NCBI GenBank assembly: GCA_030704615.1
Contig: CM060732.1
Location: 40,486,001 to 40,550,000, forward strand
Length of the DNA stretch: 64,000 bases
Origin: Takakia lepidozioides
Taxonomy: Eukaryota; Plantae; Bryophyta
Direction: 5' to 3'
Position 1 is the stretch's first letter. The number at the start of each line of letters is the position of its first letter. Made by a program: the position numbers and the translations under genes. A model generated the notes under the pieces. It was not told the origin of the DNA. It did no database searches and saw nothing but the letters and a program-made list of their open reading frames with translations. Positions 27,171 to 39,562 of this stretch are shown in pieces.

Positions 27171-28392
27171 ATGATCCTGGTGGTGAAGGTCCTCGCGCTG
27201 CTGGCATGTGTTCTGAAAGTTGAAGGCCAGGACTGGTCCGGGACTGGGCACGCAACGTACTACGGTGGAGCCGACGCCTCCGGCACAAATGGTTCGCTCA
27301 GAAAAAAACATCTTGATGTTTGTCCTGCAAATATGCCATGTTTTTTAATCTCTAAGCTTGTCTTTGAAGCTCAGACTACCGCGGAGTTAGTTTCGTACGT
27401 TCGTTCTGCCTCGGGTCCTAGTGGTGGAAGGACCGTCTGCTCTCCAATAGTGGTCACATCAAACTTTTACGGAAACGGTTGACTGACGTTGTTTCTGTTT
27501 GTGTGAACAGATGGTGCATGTGGCTACTCAAACGTGTTCAGTCTTGGCTATGGTACTAACACGGCAGCACTCAGCACCCCACTTTTCAACACTGGCATTA
27601 CTTGCGGTGCTTGCTTTGCGCTGCAGTGTGTGGACTCGCCCGCATGCTACCCGGGTAACCCCACGCTGATAGTCACAGCTACGAATCTTTGTCCCCCAGG
27701 TAGCAACGGTGGCTGGTGTGATCCCCCAAAATACCACTTCGATCTTGCTGAACCTGCATTCGCACGGATTGCTCAAATTCGAGCAGGCTGGTTTCCCTTG
27801 CAGTATCGGAGGTATATGACTACTAGTACTGTTCTCTGTTTCTTTTTTGGTTCATATTTGTTCAATCCAACGTAACTCTTCAATGCTCAATTGCAGTCAT
27901 ACTGTGACTTCCTAAAGCATTCACAGCTGAATAAAACGGAAGAAAGGAAGAAAAACAGAATTTCACCAGCTGGTTGGTGAAGTGATCTGGTGATGGAATC
28001 GTTAGTCACCTCAACCATTTCCTTTCGTGCAAGGTCCCCAAACAGTTGCCATCAGTCCAATCTAACCTCTTTGCCCTTCTTCTTGCAGGGTGAACTGTGT
28101 GAAAACAGGGGGCATCAAATTTACCATGAATGGTCACCAGTTTTTTAATCTGGTGCTGATATGGAATGTTGGAGGCGCTGGTGATGTGATGGCAGTGTCC
28201 ATCAAGGGCTCCAACACAGGCTGGCAGCCCATGCAGAGAAACTGGGGTCAGAATTGGCAAGATGGGGGCAACATGAATGGCCAAAGTCTCTCATTCATGG
28301 TGAAAACCTCAGATGGCAACACTGTCATTGCCAATGACATTGCACCTGCTGATTGGCAGTTTGGGCAAACTTTTGTTGGATCTAACTTCTGA
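27171..28392 (+). CDS. EXPA: Alpha-expansin, 3 exons, 241 aa
   Basis: Exons 27171-27291, 27511-27811 and 28089-28392. Signal peptide, [82 protein letters not shown]. Confidence 0.96.
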
Positions 28393-29454
28393 TTGTGTAT
28401 AGAAGTCTCGTTTTGTTGGTTGTTCAAAAATTGAGTGGGCAACCAGCTGATCATATGTACATTGGATAGGATGCTGTTCATTTAGGCATCATCATCCTCT
28501 GAAGGGAAAAAATGTGGAAGCTGATGGAGGAGAGCTAGTTTTGCAACTGAGGCCTTGGCTTGAGTCAGCCCGTTGCATAAAGTATAGACTTGAGTAATTC
28601 TAACCGGCAGCTGAGTTGTCCCAGCATTTAGGGACCATCGATCTTAGCCTATGTAAGAGCCATAATGGGAGGAACAATTCTCTAAGAGGACCTCTCTAAG
28701 TATGTGTATGATGTGGCAGCTGTTAAAGGGCCACTCAATGTGTTTCTCGTATACAAAGCATTTGTGGAACTACAGCTTGGACTTGCAAGATGTCCATGAT
28801 GTTATATTCTCCTTCCTTTCTTTTGGGTTGCTTGTGGAGGGCCCCTCCCTCTTTCTTGTTTCTTTCTTTCTCTTGTTCCATAAGCTCTTTGAGCTTTCTG
28901 CTGGATGTAGTAAAATACAATCTCATTTCATTTCATTTGTTGCTGTCAGAACAATATGAAAATGTATTATTGGAGGACCACTTTCTTGCAAAGATTCTGG
29001 TCTCTCTTCGGCTTGTCACTGGCTCCCCCTACTCAAGAGTGCAATGAGACAGACCACATCTGCAATCTCAGTCTAATAACAACCTCTCACATGCGATGAG
29101 CAATTTTCACCCTTTTTTCCCAGTTAAAGGGCTTACAATATACGAATCAGTAAAAGGGACTCCTAGCTGTGGAAGTGCTGTTTGAGACAGTTCCAAATGC
29201 TAGAAGTTGGATTGACATAGGCCAGAGTCCTACGTAAAGCTTCATCTCTCATGTTGATGCAAACTTCAAATACTTGAATTGCAGAGACATCAGGGTAACT
29301 ATGTGAGGGGAGGATTTCCTGAAAACTTCCAACCACCAACCAAACAATGTCCCAGTAGTGTAAAGCGCATCCACTATGATACCCACGATAAAGTCTCACT
29401 CTGCGCCCTCCAACGTCCGGGGAGAACCGGCAGCCAGTTACATGCTAGCCGACT

Positions 29455-29551
29455 GAATTCCAGAATTTCCGAATGAAATATGAAACCTCAGGAAATGGAT
29501 CCGAATTCCAGAATTTCCGAATGAAATATGAAACCTCAGGAAATGGATCCG
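29455..29551. repeat. 48-bp tandem duplication
   Basis: GAATTCCAGAATTTCCGAATGAAATATGAAACCTCAGGAAATGGATCC x2. Confidence 0.9.
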
Positions 29552-32203
29552 AGGGAAAAAATGGCCGAAGTGGAAATCAACCGGGTGCCCTACTTTTAGG
29601 AAGGATATTTGCCTTTCCATTTCATTACAGACAGGAAATCTGCCTTAGTTGGCAAGGCCTGGACGGATTCCGGCCCTTCTTATATTACAAAAAATGGAAA
29701 TGGCCGTCTAAGTCCACCACATGGCAGAAATCCAACGTGCCAGGCCGGGTTACATCCAAGGAAGGGCGTTTAGGTGAAAAAATATTGAACTCAAAGAGGG
29801 CGGGCCCGCGGGCAAACCCTACTAAGTCTGGACGTTGCTCTCGCAGCCCCACGCCTGCTTGCACTCGCTGCCTGCTATCACAGCTCACCTGTCCATGCGG
29901 GTTCAATTCTTGGCCTCCATGTGGTTTGAAGGCATTGACAGGTCCAACTTCTATAAGGATACAATGTTCTTCACTTGTTTGAATTGCTTAAAACTGGTTG
30001 TGATTATTTATTATTATTATTATTTACTTATTGTTGTGCATTTGACTTGTGTTGTCAACCGGTTGATATTTATAAGGGCCGGATTTATAGCTGAACACAA
30101 AATAAATCATTAGGAATATTACCGGTTGTAAAGAAATTATCTCGGAAATAGACCGGGTATAGTTACCACTAAGGGGCAGCAACCGAGTGCCCAACCCACT
30201 TAGCCGATTGCTGCTGGGAATGAGCGGCTACTGCCTGGTTCAACTGAAATTATTTCCCGGACGCTGGCGCCCTCCATGTCTCAGGAAAGTGCGCGGAAAC
30301 TGCGTCCTTGCCAATGGAAAATCGTAGATCCGTACAGAAATGTTGTGGGAAGTTCCACAACCGCAAAAACTGGATTGTCCTCATATCATAGACTTGATGA
30401 TCGCTGTTGTCCTTCATCTTCTGGAATGGTTGAAGCAAAAGACCACCAACTGACCTTGCGGAGTAGCTCCTGTGTCAACTGGTCCGTAGGCCCATGGTCT
30501 ATGAAGTACCTACTCAAATATCATGCCCTTTCATCACCTTCCGCACTTACAAACCATTGTACCCACTGATTTTCTTGGACTGGGTACTTGCCTTTTAAGT
30601 CACACTCATTTAGTCGGTGCGGAATGGGGACCGAAAATTTAGAGCAAGTCATCTTCCATAGAGTGGGGCTTGAGTCAATCTTTCCCGCTCACACACAAAC
30701 GAAGGACTACCAAAATTCCAACGGCAGCGAAAGACTGGCGCAAGTCCTCCTTAGATGTTGTGGTAACCATTATAAGGTTGGATTCTGACAAGCTCCATCC
30801 GAACTGACGACACTAAGAAGTATGTACTTGGCTTCGAGCTCAGGCATATGAGCCCGACGACAAAAATTACGACCGCCAATACGGACTCATGCAATTGTGG
30901 ACTGACAAAAAGCCTGGCCCTCTGGAGATGCATTTGAACCTGGAAACTCCATAAGACAGGGGAAAAGATTGGTGCCCAAACAATCCTTGTGGTTCACAAT
31001 GAACTCTGATTTCGCAAGGTTTGATGTCCTTTTATGGGCGTTTAAGACGTTTCATTGACTGATGGAAACGCGAGCACTTATGGGACATGTGGTGACACAA
31101 AATGAGGAACCTACTCGTGTATATTGTTAAAGCTTACATGTTCATTCATTCTACTACTCTATCAACTGGGGGAGGAGTTAGCTGGGTGAAGCAGGCAGCG
31201 AAAGGAGCGGCAAACTCAGAGAATATTTCGTCGGGTTCTCCGGTCTATGCTATGAATCCAAGAGCATGCAAGATAATACTAAGTACACCATAGCGCTGTG
31301 TTTGTTTGTTGATTGCTTTCAACTCTTCAAAAAGTACATTGGGGCTCACCACACGGAAAGTGACTGCTCGCCCCTGCTGACCGTGCTCCCTTCTCAGGGA
31401 TTGAGGGCATTTGCCTGTGCTGCATTGGCCGTGGGCAACAATCCCTGCACAGGCAGTGCGTTGAGAACTGCCCCTTGGGTAATAAGCAACCTTTCATCCT
31501 CTGCTAAGAATCAAACTATGTACATACAAAATTGACCTCCGTAGCAGAGGGTTGTCATGTAATAACACTCGTCCACAATAATCATGCAGCAGTTCTGCAA
31601 TTGTGAAGACGGGGCCGAGTTCTCTGACAAAAGTACCCCCGAGATGTGATACAAGCGGAAAGGGATTAAGGGAACTACCTACTGTGCTGCCTATTATGCA
31701 GCACTCTACTATTATGACATGCCACTGACGACAATTATACATCTGACAACAAACCCTCCCTTTGATCACGGGACCCACCCCAGTAGATCGGGTAAATAGA
31801 TTATATGCGCGCTATGTGTAATTTCAAAGCTCAATTATTCCTCAACAATTGCTCCCCACCAGTCCAGAGTTGTGAGACAACGACCAAGGGAGGTGATCGA
31901 TAGGGATGCTCAAAGTTGCCAACGTAAATACTACACTTCGAAGTTCGGGGCATGCGGTGGCCTCGTGCCCACGTAGGTAGCAGCGCATCACGATTACTCA
32001 AGAATCATTCCCATCACCCACATCGGGCTTCTACAATTATTTCATTGCTCTCCCACATCTCCAGCGAGAATAGTTGGGGAGAACTTTGAACTTTTACCGT
32101 CACCAACTTGGCAGTTGAAACACATGCAGGGGCGTCAGAACCGGGCCACGGAAGCTTGGGAAGGTGGGCTCGGAAGAGCTCGGTCTTGAGATGTGGAGTA
32201 GAA

Positions 32204-32211
32204 ATATATAA
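32204..32211 (+). promoter_or_regulatory. Candidate TATA box for the PME at 32591
   Basis: ATATATAAAG about 385 nt upstream of the ATG. Position-based inference only. Confidence 0.35.
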
Positions 32212-32590
32212 AGCAGACTCTTCAACGACGTCCTACCTAGCACAAGATCCACACGTGTCATTCTGCAATCGTCCTTGGTTATAGCTGCCACTAGAGCGAG
32301 TTGCCAGACTACTAGAGTGTCGTTAGTGCATAGCACAGGGAACAGTGGAGTTCTTGTTAGTGTGTGGGAAAGAGGAGGAAGAGATGGTCGTATGTCTGTG
32401 TGTGTAGTGGGTTTAGAAGAGATAGGGAATCAGTCAGGGAGCCCAAAGAAGAAAATTGTTTGTGGGCTGAGGGCTTCAAGAGAGTGATCAAGAAGGGTGG
32501 CAGTAGATGAAGGAATAAGATCGAACTTGTTCACGGCGGCGGAGATTATGCAGATCTTGATCCTGGCTCTCTAGTTTTCACGGAGATGTA

Positions 32591-34773
32591 ATGGGTCCTC
32601 CACGACGGCGTAACGCTTGGATTCTTTTGGGATTGCTCCTTTTCGCAAATTCTTGCTCTGCCCGAGACGTACCGGCACAGGGTCTTCCTTTTGCCTTCAC
32701 AAAGCCTCTACATTCTACTTATGTTGAGAACAACTTGCAACATAGTCAGCGCTATCCTACTACAGATGAATTCAAGGGGAAAAGTGGGACGGAGAGCATG
32801 TCGGCAGTTCCAGGTCACGCTCATCACCAGGCGGGAGATCGTTGGGCGGCGGACAGAAAGTTCGGTGGGAATTATATTACTGTCTCCAAGACGGGGAACG
32901 CCAATTTCAACTCAATTCAGGCAGCTGTGGACTCCATTCCCTTTAATGGATACAACTGGGTTGAGATTAACATTGCAGCGGGAGTTTATCAGTGAGTGCT
33001 CTCTCTCTCTCTCGCTCTTGGCCCCCCCCCCCAAGTGCCTGTGCTTGTTATTCGTTTTAGTCCTATATGCTCTTTGGGCTTCTGGTAGATGTTATAAGTT
33101 GCTGTCTTTCCTTTCCCATTAGCTCTCTGAGCTCTTTCTTTCGATTCCTGTCCTTTCATTTGTCGCTGTCCCGTGGAATCCTCTTCTTCTTCTCCTCCTT
33201 CCTTTCTTTCCATCGGCAGTGATTGCTCTGCGTTTGTGATATAATTGGTGCGGTAAAGGGTGACAAGCTTTGCATTGGAACTGATTGGGAATCTTGTCTG
33301 GGCCCGGGGACCTGCAGTGAGAAAGTGACGATTCCATACAACAAGCCATTTGTCTCTCTTCAGGGGGCCGGTTACACAGCAACCATGATCACATGGGACG
33401 AGACGGCCAGTCAGGGAGGAACTGCAAACAGTGCTACAATCACCGTGTGGGCGCCCAATTTTATTGCAAGAGGCATTGGCTTTCAGGTAGACAAAGAAAG
33501 AAAGAAGGAATGTACTGTACAATTCGGTATGCAGAATATTTGGTCTTCAAGCATTTCGTGTATTGCCTTCAGATGTCAGAGTGCATGTAGTAAACCTTGC
33601 ATCTGTGAGGGCAAAGCGTGCTGATTTGGTTTGCGCACAACCGGGAGAGATTGACCAATTTGTTCCAAAACTGCAGAACTCAGCGCCACCAGCTCAACCG
33701 GGGGCAGTAAATGGACAGGCAGTGGCAGTACTGCTAGCAGCGGACAGGGCTGCCTTCTATGGGTGTGGCTTCTATGGAGGTCAGGACACATTGTTTGATT
33801 ATGCAGGGCGTCACTACTTCAAAAATTGCTACCTTGAAGGAACTATCGACTTCATTTTTGGTGATGCGCAGTCAGTGTTCCAAGTAAGCCAGTATCTCTG
33901 TCTGAAATAAAGCTTGAGCAAGATTTTCGAAAGTAGGGTTGCAGCCAACCATTTTGACTAGCAGCTCTCAAATGGGGGGTCTTCCGTAGTGATCTGCGTG
34001 GAGCTTTTCTTGAGGAAAAATGATTCGTAAGTGGTTGGTTTGAAGGCATCCGTAATCTCCACAGTCCTACCTTAATCTGACCTAGTTTCGGGACTCCAGT
34101 AGTTTGAAAAGCTAATCCAGATGGGCTGTCTGTTGCGCAGAACTGCGAGTTGCATGCCATTGCGCAGGAGTCCTACATTTCAGGATCTCTAACGGCACAG
34201 AAGCGGTCAAGCCCGAATGAGAACACAGGGTTTGTGTTTATCAACTGTGTGATCAGTGGCACCGGTCAAGTGTACCTGGGGCGCGCCTGGGGGCCGTATT
34301 CGCGAACAATCTACATGTATACTTACATGAACGACATCATCATTCCTGCCGGTTGGCAAGATTGGGGTAGCTCACAAAGAGAAGGGTACCCAGTCTTTAC
34401 TCCAGCCATCTTGCTTACAATGGACATCAGAAGTAGAGATATACAAGTCCATCTTGGAAAACCCTCTAGTGCATGGCGAGTTTTTGTTGACTGTCAGATT
34501 GTTACACAACTCCACTGGATGATGTGCAAATGCTCTCTCAAAATGCTCTCTCAAATCTGATGCTTATGCGCACTTTACTTCCGTGGAAATTGCTCCATCT
34601 AAAAGATGTGTTTACGATGCAGGACTGTAGACTATGGACAATACAAATGTACAGGGCCAGGATCGAATCAGGCTCAGCGTGTGCCATGGTCCCACGAACT
34701 AAGCGACGCAGAGGCTCAACAGTATTTGCAGCTTAGCTGGATCGACGGACAATCTTGGCTTCAACAAACTTGA
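32591..34773 (+). CDS. Pectin methylesterase (CE8, group 1, no PRO/PMEI domain), 5 exons, 390 aa
   Basis: Exons 32591-32991, 33318-33486, 33677-33883, 34141-34385 and 34623-34773 sum to 1173 nt in frame. Signal peptide plus [50 protein letters not shown]. Confidence 0.95.
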
Positions 34774-37700
34774 TTGACAACTTCCCCTTCAGAAATTTGC
34801 GAGCTTGATCCGCTTATCCTATGCTTTTGCATAATTCTTCTACCTCATGCATGGTTATGTAGAAACGCCATTGTATATTCCTGAGAATGCCCAAAACGTT
34901 CTCAGGGTGTAACGCAAGCATTCGATCCCTTTTGTTCGCAAGAGCAGAATTAGGGTTGCTGTACGATAGAAAAGGCCGAGCAGTGATTTTCTGCCGCCTC
35001 TCAAGCATTTGACCAATTTGTATCCAGATAGATTCTGGAAGAAAAAAAACCTCTGCAATAAAGAGAAATTCAACACCTTCATTCCCTCCACTGACCTAGC
35101 CTCGCCATGGTCTCTATGGCAGCCTTCTTTTATTTGGGTCTAGCTGCAAGATTCATCGCATATACTTCTTTTCCTACTTGTTTCAAGCCTAATCGCTTTG
35201 TCTATGAATAAGGTTTTCGTTCTCATCTCAAATCATTCCAACTCTATTGTTCAGATGTACTTAGATGTTGTGAATTCGTCCCACAAAACCAACACTCTTT
35301 CGCCTGCCACCGTCATGGCAGTCTAACTCGGCAATTTCGGATCTACAAGTCCTCTTCTCCATAGATGGGTCCATGTGATTTGCATCATACTTATGTCCTT
35401 CAGATTTCGAAAGTGAGGATGACGGAAGGTAATCAGATCTGTAGAAAGCATCATCGCAACACACGCGGTTTGCGCGCAAGCACAAAGCTTCCAACCACCC
35501 ATCCTTCAGAGCACCTCAGGTGTGCAGAGCATTGAATGCAGGGTGTGGAATCATTCCCAAACCTCCACGACAGCAATCGTGAGCAACCAACGGGCAGACA
35601 GCACCGTGATCGTGAGGCAGCCGCGCGGGAAGACCAAGTCTGCCCGCCAAATTCGAAAGCAAGCCGTTATGACTGCACCAACGTGAGGCACCATCAACCA
35701 CCTTCACTGCCTCGCCTTACTTACTATTATTACCACCCAAACCCCTGGATGACGCCCACCATCCACCTCACACCCCCGACATTCATCCGTCTCTCCAAGC
35801 CAATAAGTGGGGGCCGTTAGGCGCCGGGAAGCGGGCGCCGCTTTAAGATGGATCGTGCGGCGCACGGTTTAACACAGCGGCTGACTCGCCGCGCGCCGCG
35901 CGCGGCGTTCAAGCGACAGGCAGTGAATAGCCGCGAGGGACTCGGGAGGGTCGCCGCTCTTTATAGTTGTGGGAACCACGAGCCCATCCAAACGATATGG
36001 GATAATTGAATAGGCCGGGCGCGCATTACGTGGGTGTATTTGTGTCGTTGTACATGTGTCGTAGTGCTCCTAATCATTGCCTTAATGCTGCTGTTATTTG
36101 TGCCCGGAGGAGTGAATCGTCCACGTGGGGCGCTTGGATTCGATCCATAAATGGTCACTGTTGCTTTTACACTCTTCTCGCATTTCAATGGATGCTTTTC
36201 CGCTTACCTTATGGCTATATACATATAGACTTCTAATATTATCAGTTGTTTCAGCCGAATTCATAAACAAGAAATACGCACAACTTGGTATCATTATACC
36301 ATTACTATTGTTGCCAGCATTTTTTTAATTATTAATCATATTTCATTAAATAATATTAAATTAAAAAATAAAATTAAGCCCACGGAATATTACGTTCCTC
36401 TTAACTACCTGATTCATTACTTAACGGAGGGTGACACCGTGTTACTAACGGGCAAGGTAATGAGGGAGGATGAATGTGGGTGGATGGTTGGAAAATGTAG
36501 AGCGGCGGACAAGGTGCACAAAAACCGTTGGTGGTCTGAGGCGAGGGACAATGTCGGGACAAGGTCGGGACATAGTCGGGACAGAGGGACGGAGGGACAG
36601 AGGGGGCTTGGTAGGCCATGTGGGTGCGTGAGTGGGCGTGGCGTCAGAGAATGGAGGAGCTGGTGGGTGGGACACCAGGCTCTGCCGTCCATGTGCGCGA
36701 CACGCTTGCCTCGGCTGGGGGCTGACAAGGATTCCACCATCGCCATGTTACTGTTCTGACTGATGAATGAGCCATGGTTCTGGGCCCGCAAGTCTTATCG
36801 ACAGAGCTCCAAAAAGGGCAGAATCTGAGGGCTGGCTGTCTGGCTGGGGTCGATGATGTTCTGTGGTTTTTTTCTCAGAGTAAGCCTATCCAATGCCTCT
36901 GGAAATGAGCTTTTAGAAAAGGCTCAAAAGAGTCTGCGGAATGGTGTTTTGGAGGGGTTAGATGACTATGTAGTTTGGTATGTGTGAGTGAGAAATTCGG
37001 AGAACAGTCTATGTCAAGTTCACTATTCAGAAATTGACTGAGAGCGACATACTCAAATCCGCATAGCTTTATAAAAAGGGCCCAAGTGGACTGGTAGGAA
37101 GGCTTACAAGGAGTCTGCGGTATGACCTGTCCAGGTTGTTCCTCTGCTGGGGGCTGCAGATGCACAGGCCCAAGCTTTAACCGCGGTTTCAGTCATTCCC
37201 TCAGAAACAGTCCAGTGAGAAGACTGGTTCTGTGGTTGGGGCAGATCATGCCCTGCAAGTTGTCTCAAGGTGGGTGTTATTACGTTTAAAGCCAGGGTAT
37301 CAAATGCAAATGCTAACTTGCGGCCCCGCTTCCTTAGGGCTAAAAACGCCCAGAAATATGATGGTTATGTGCGGTTGTCAGTGGTGCTTTGACTAAAGAA
37401 TTCATGCCTGTGAGCCCCACAGACTGAGCAAGTTCAAAATCGTAAGCAGATCTGGCTATTATAGTACTGTAGCGCGAGGATAATTTGACAGTGTGGCAGA
37501 ATACCCGGAATTTGACCTGACTTGTTACTGCTGGCAGCCTGTTGAAGACCCAAGCATCACCTAACATTTGAGTATTATTACTCATGGCATGGTACGCAGT
37601 GCTTTTGTCGCCATTATCCAAAATGTGAAGACTGGAGCCAGCCAAACTCAAACCGAAAAACATAAAGAGGATTTATGGCCAGGGTACCTTTGTGTGTTTC

Positions 37701-38414
37701 CTCTGCCGATGTCGCACTGCGCAGAGGGATTAGGTACTACCAACTCAACATCGGGAGGCGCTGATCTCCCAATTGCAACCCTGAATCTCACATAAACTGA
37801 CTAATTCTTTCCAGAAATAGAGTACTCACTTACTCAACTCGCATCCCAGAATGTGTTCGAAGAATACAGATCATGGATGCCGTCAGCTCTCGGGATCTGC
37901 AGCGGGGAGCAGCACGTTCAATCCCTGAGCATGCTCTCAATCATCCCTGGCACCATTCACAGCCACCAAACCCTCGTCGACAATCTTCTCGCACGCCCTA
38001 AATGCTCCAACGCATACCCTCATCTTCTCTCATAATGTTTTGCGATGCCGTCGGTGCCCCATCTCCGTCCGTGCCGACGGGATACACGACTCAGCTCCAG
38101 TTACAGTTCTCATCCACTATCCCTCTTCTCAACTCATGGATGAATTATTTCATCCTTATTTAGACAAATAAGGAAAATAAATAAATAGTCTTCTTTCGCT
38201 ACAGAGCTCATAAATAATGTCTTAAATATAGTAGCGGGCGCCCAGGCGGGCCGTGGTCATCAGGCTGCGGTCACCGCGCAGTGGACGGAAACTGTCAGGC
38301 GGCTTGTCCGGCGGTGACAGGGTCCTCCCATCCGCTTCAACAGATGAATAGATCATGTTTAAATTTCATCCATTGTAAATGTGGATGAATGAAATTAAAA
38401 ATAGACATATAATG

Positions 38415-38881
38415 TACCGTAGTGGGATAGCCGGTTAGGCAGAAAATAATTCGAAAATAAAGTGCCTAATCAAAATAAACTATTTTTGAAAAGAGTGCCT
38501 AATTTAAAAAACTTATCTTCAAAGAGTGCCTAATTTGCTCAAACATTCTCTAATAAAAGTGCCTAATATGGTATAAAAACTTGAATTTAAATTAGAAAAA
38601 AATGAAATAGAAAACAAATTTCCACTTTAGAATGATATTCATTTAAAACGTCATCCATGCAACTCAATTTTCAATTTTCATCAGTGGCAGCAGCTGTTTT
38701 AAAAAGAAAACAAAAAACAAATTCAATATTATTTAATTTTTAGTTTTGTGTTTTAATTTTGTGATCATTATTTTTAATTGCCTAATCTGAAAAAATTACA
38801 CATCCAAGTGGCTAACTGCCAAATGGCCCCAAAAATAATTATTAGGCAGGGAAGTGCCTAACCGGCTATCCCACTACGGTA
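38415..38881. mobile_element. MITE with perfect TIRs and TA ends (Tc1/mariner-type, family C)
   Basis: TACCGTAGTGGGATAGCCGGTTAGGCA (38415-38441) and its exact reverse complement (38855-38881). Internal AA(A/G)AGTGCCTAAT repeats x4. Confidence 0.9.
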
Positions 38882-39314
38882 GCCGGTATAGCCAGAATAT
38901 TACAATAATGCATAAATAGTTATTGCGCATTAGTTATTTATGTTGCAATAGTCAACCGTCATCAACGCCGAGGCATGTTTCATCCTTTTCGGACGAATAT
39001 CGTCAGGTTAAAGGCGAAGAAGACAGATGTCGTTCATTCGGGGGTGGTTTCATCCGCGGAAATAATGGAGAGAAGATGGGAGCACGTGAGCATTAACAAG
39101 TGATTAACGGAAATTAAGCGGGGATTAATGACGAGCGGTTTGCGGTTCGAATCCGAGTGGTTGGAATCTGGCGGTGAAGATGAGAGGCAAAGAAAGGAGG
39201 GCAGCAGCCATGATGGTGGCTGTCAGAGAGACAGTGGGAGCAGTGGGGGAGAGGAAGACGGGGCTTCAAGCTTGAAGCTTGAAGCTGCAAGCTTGTTGCA
39301 GCTTGCCTGCAGGA

Positions 39315-39325
39315 TTATAAGAGCC
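39315..39325 (+). promoter_or_regulatory. Candidate TATA box of the pectate lyase gene
   Basis: TTATAAGAGCC about 245 nt upstream of the ATG, preceded by clustered AAGCT repeats. A similar TTATGAGAGCC lies upstream of the PL pseudogene at 25551. Confidence 0.45.
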
Positions 39326-39562
39326 TGAGCTGGAGCAGTACATTGCAGCTCCGGAGTTCAAGCAAGCGGGTTGAGAGCTTCAGTTGGAGTGTATGTAGTG
39401 AGTCTGGTAGCAAGCTCGCAGTTGTGCATCGTTTCTCTGCAGTGGCCAGTCTGGTGGAGTCCGACATTGTGTTGTAGTTGTTGATATACATGTCCTTTCA
39501 CATTTAGTAGCTGGAAGCTGCCTGTGTCCAGGTTTCTGCAGAGGTTCTGGGGTCTTGGAGTC

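Noticed and set aside
29455-29982. CRISPR-like array or 169-aa ORF
   Set aside because: Only two adjacent 48-bp copies with no spacers. The ORF has no recognisable domain.
39083-39088. G-box CACGTG (also at 32252) and AAGCT repeats as shared cluster regulators
   Set aside because: Short motifs expected by chance and not seen at consistent positions in all promoters.
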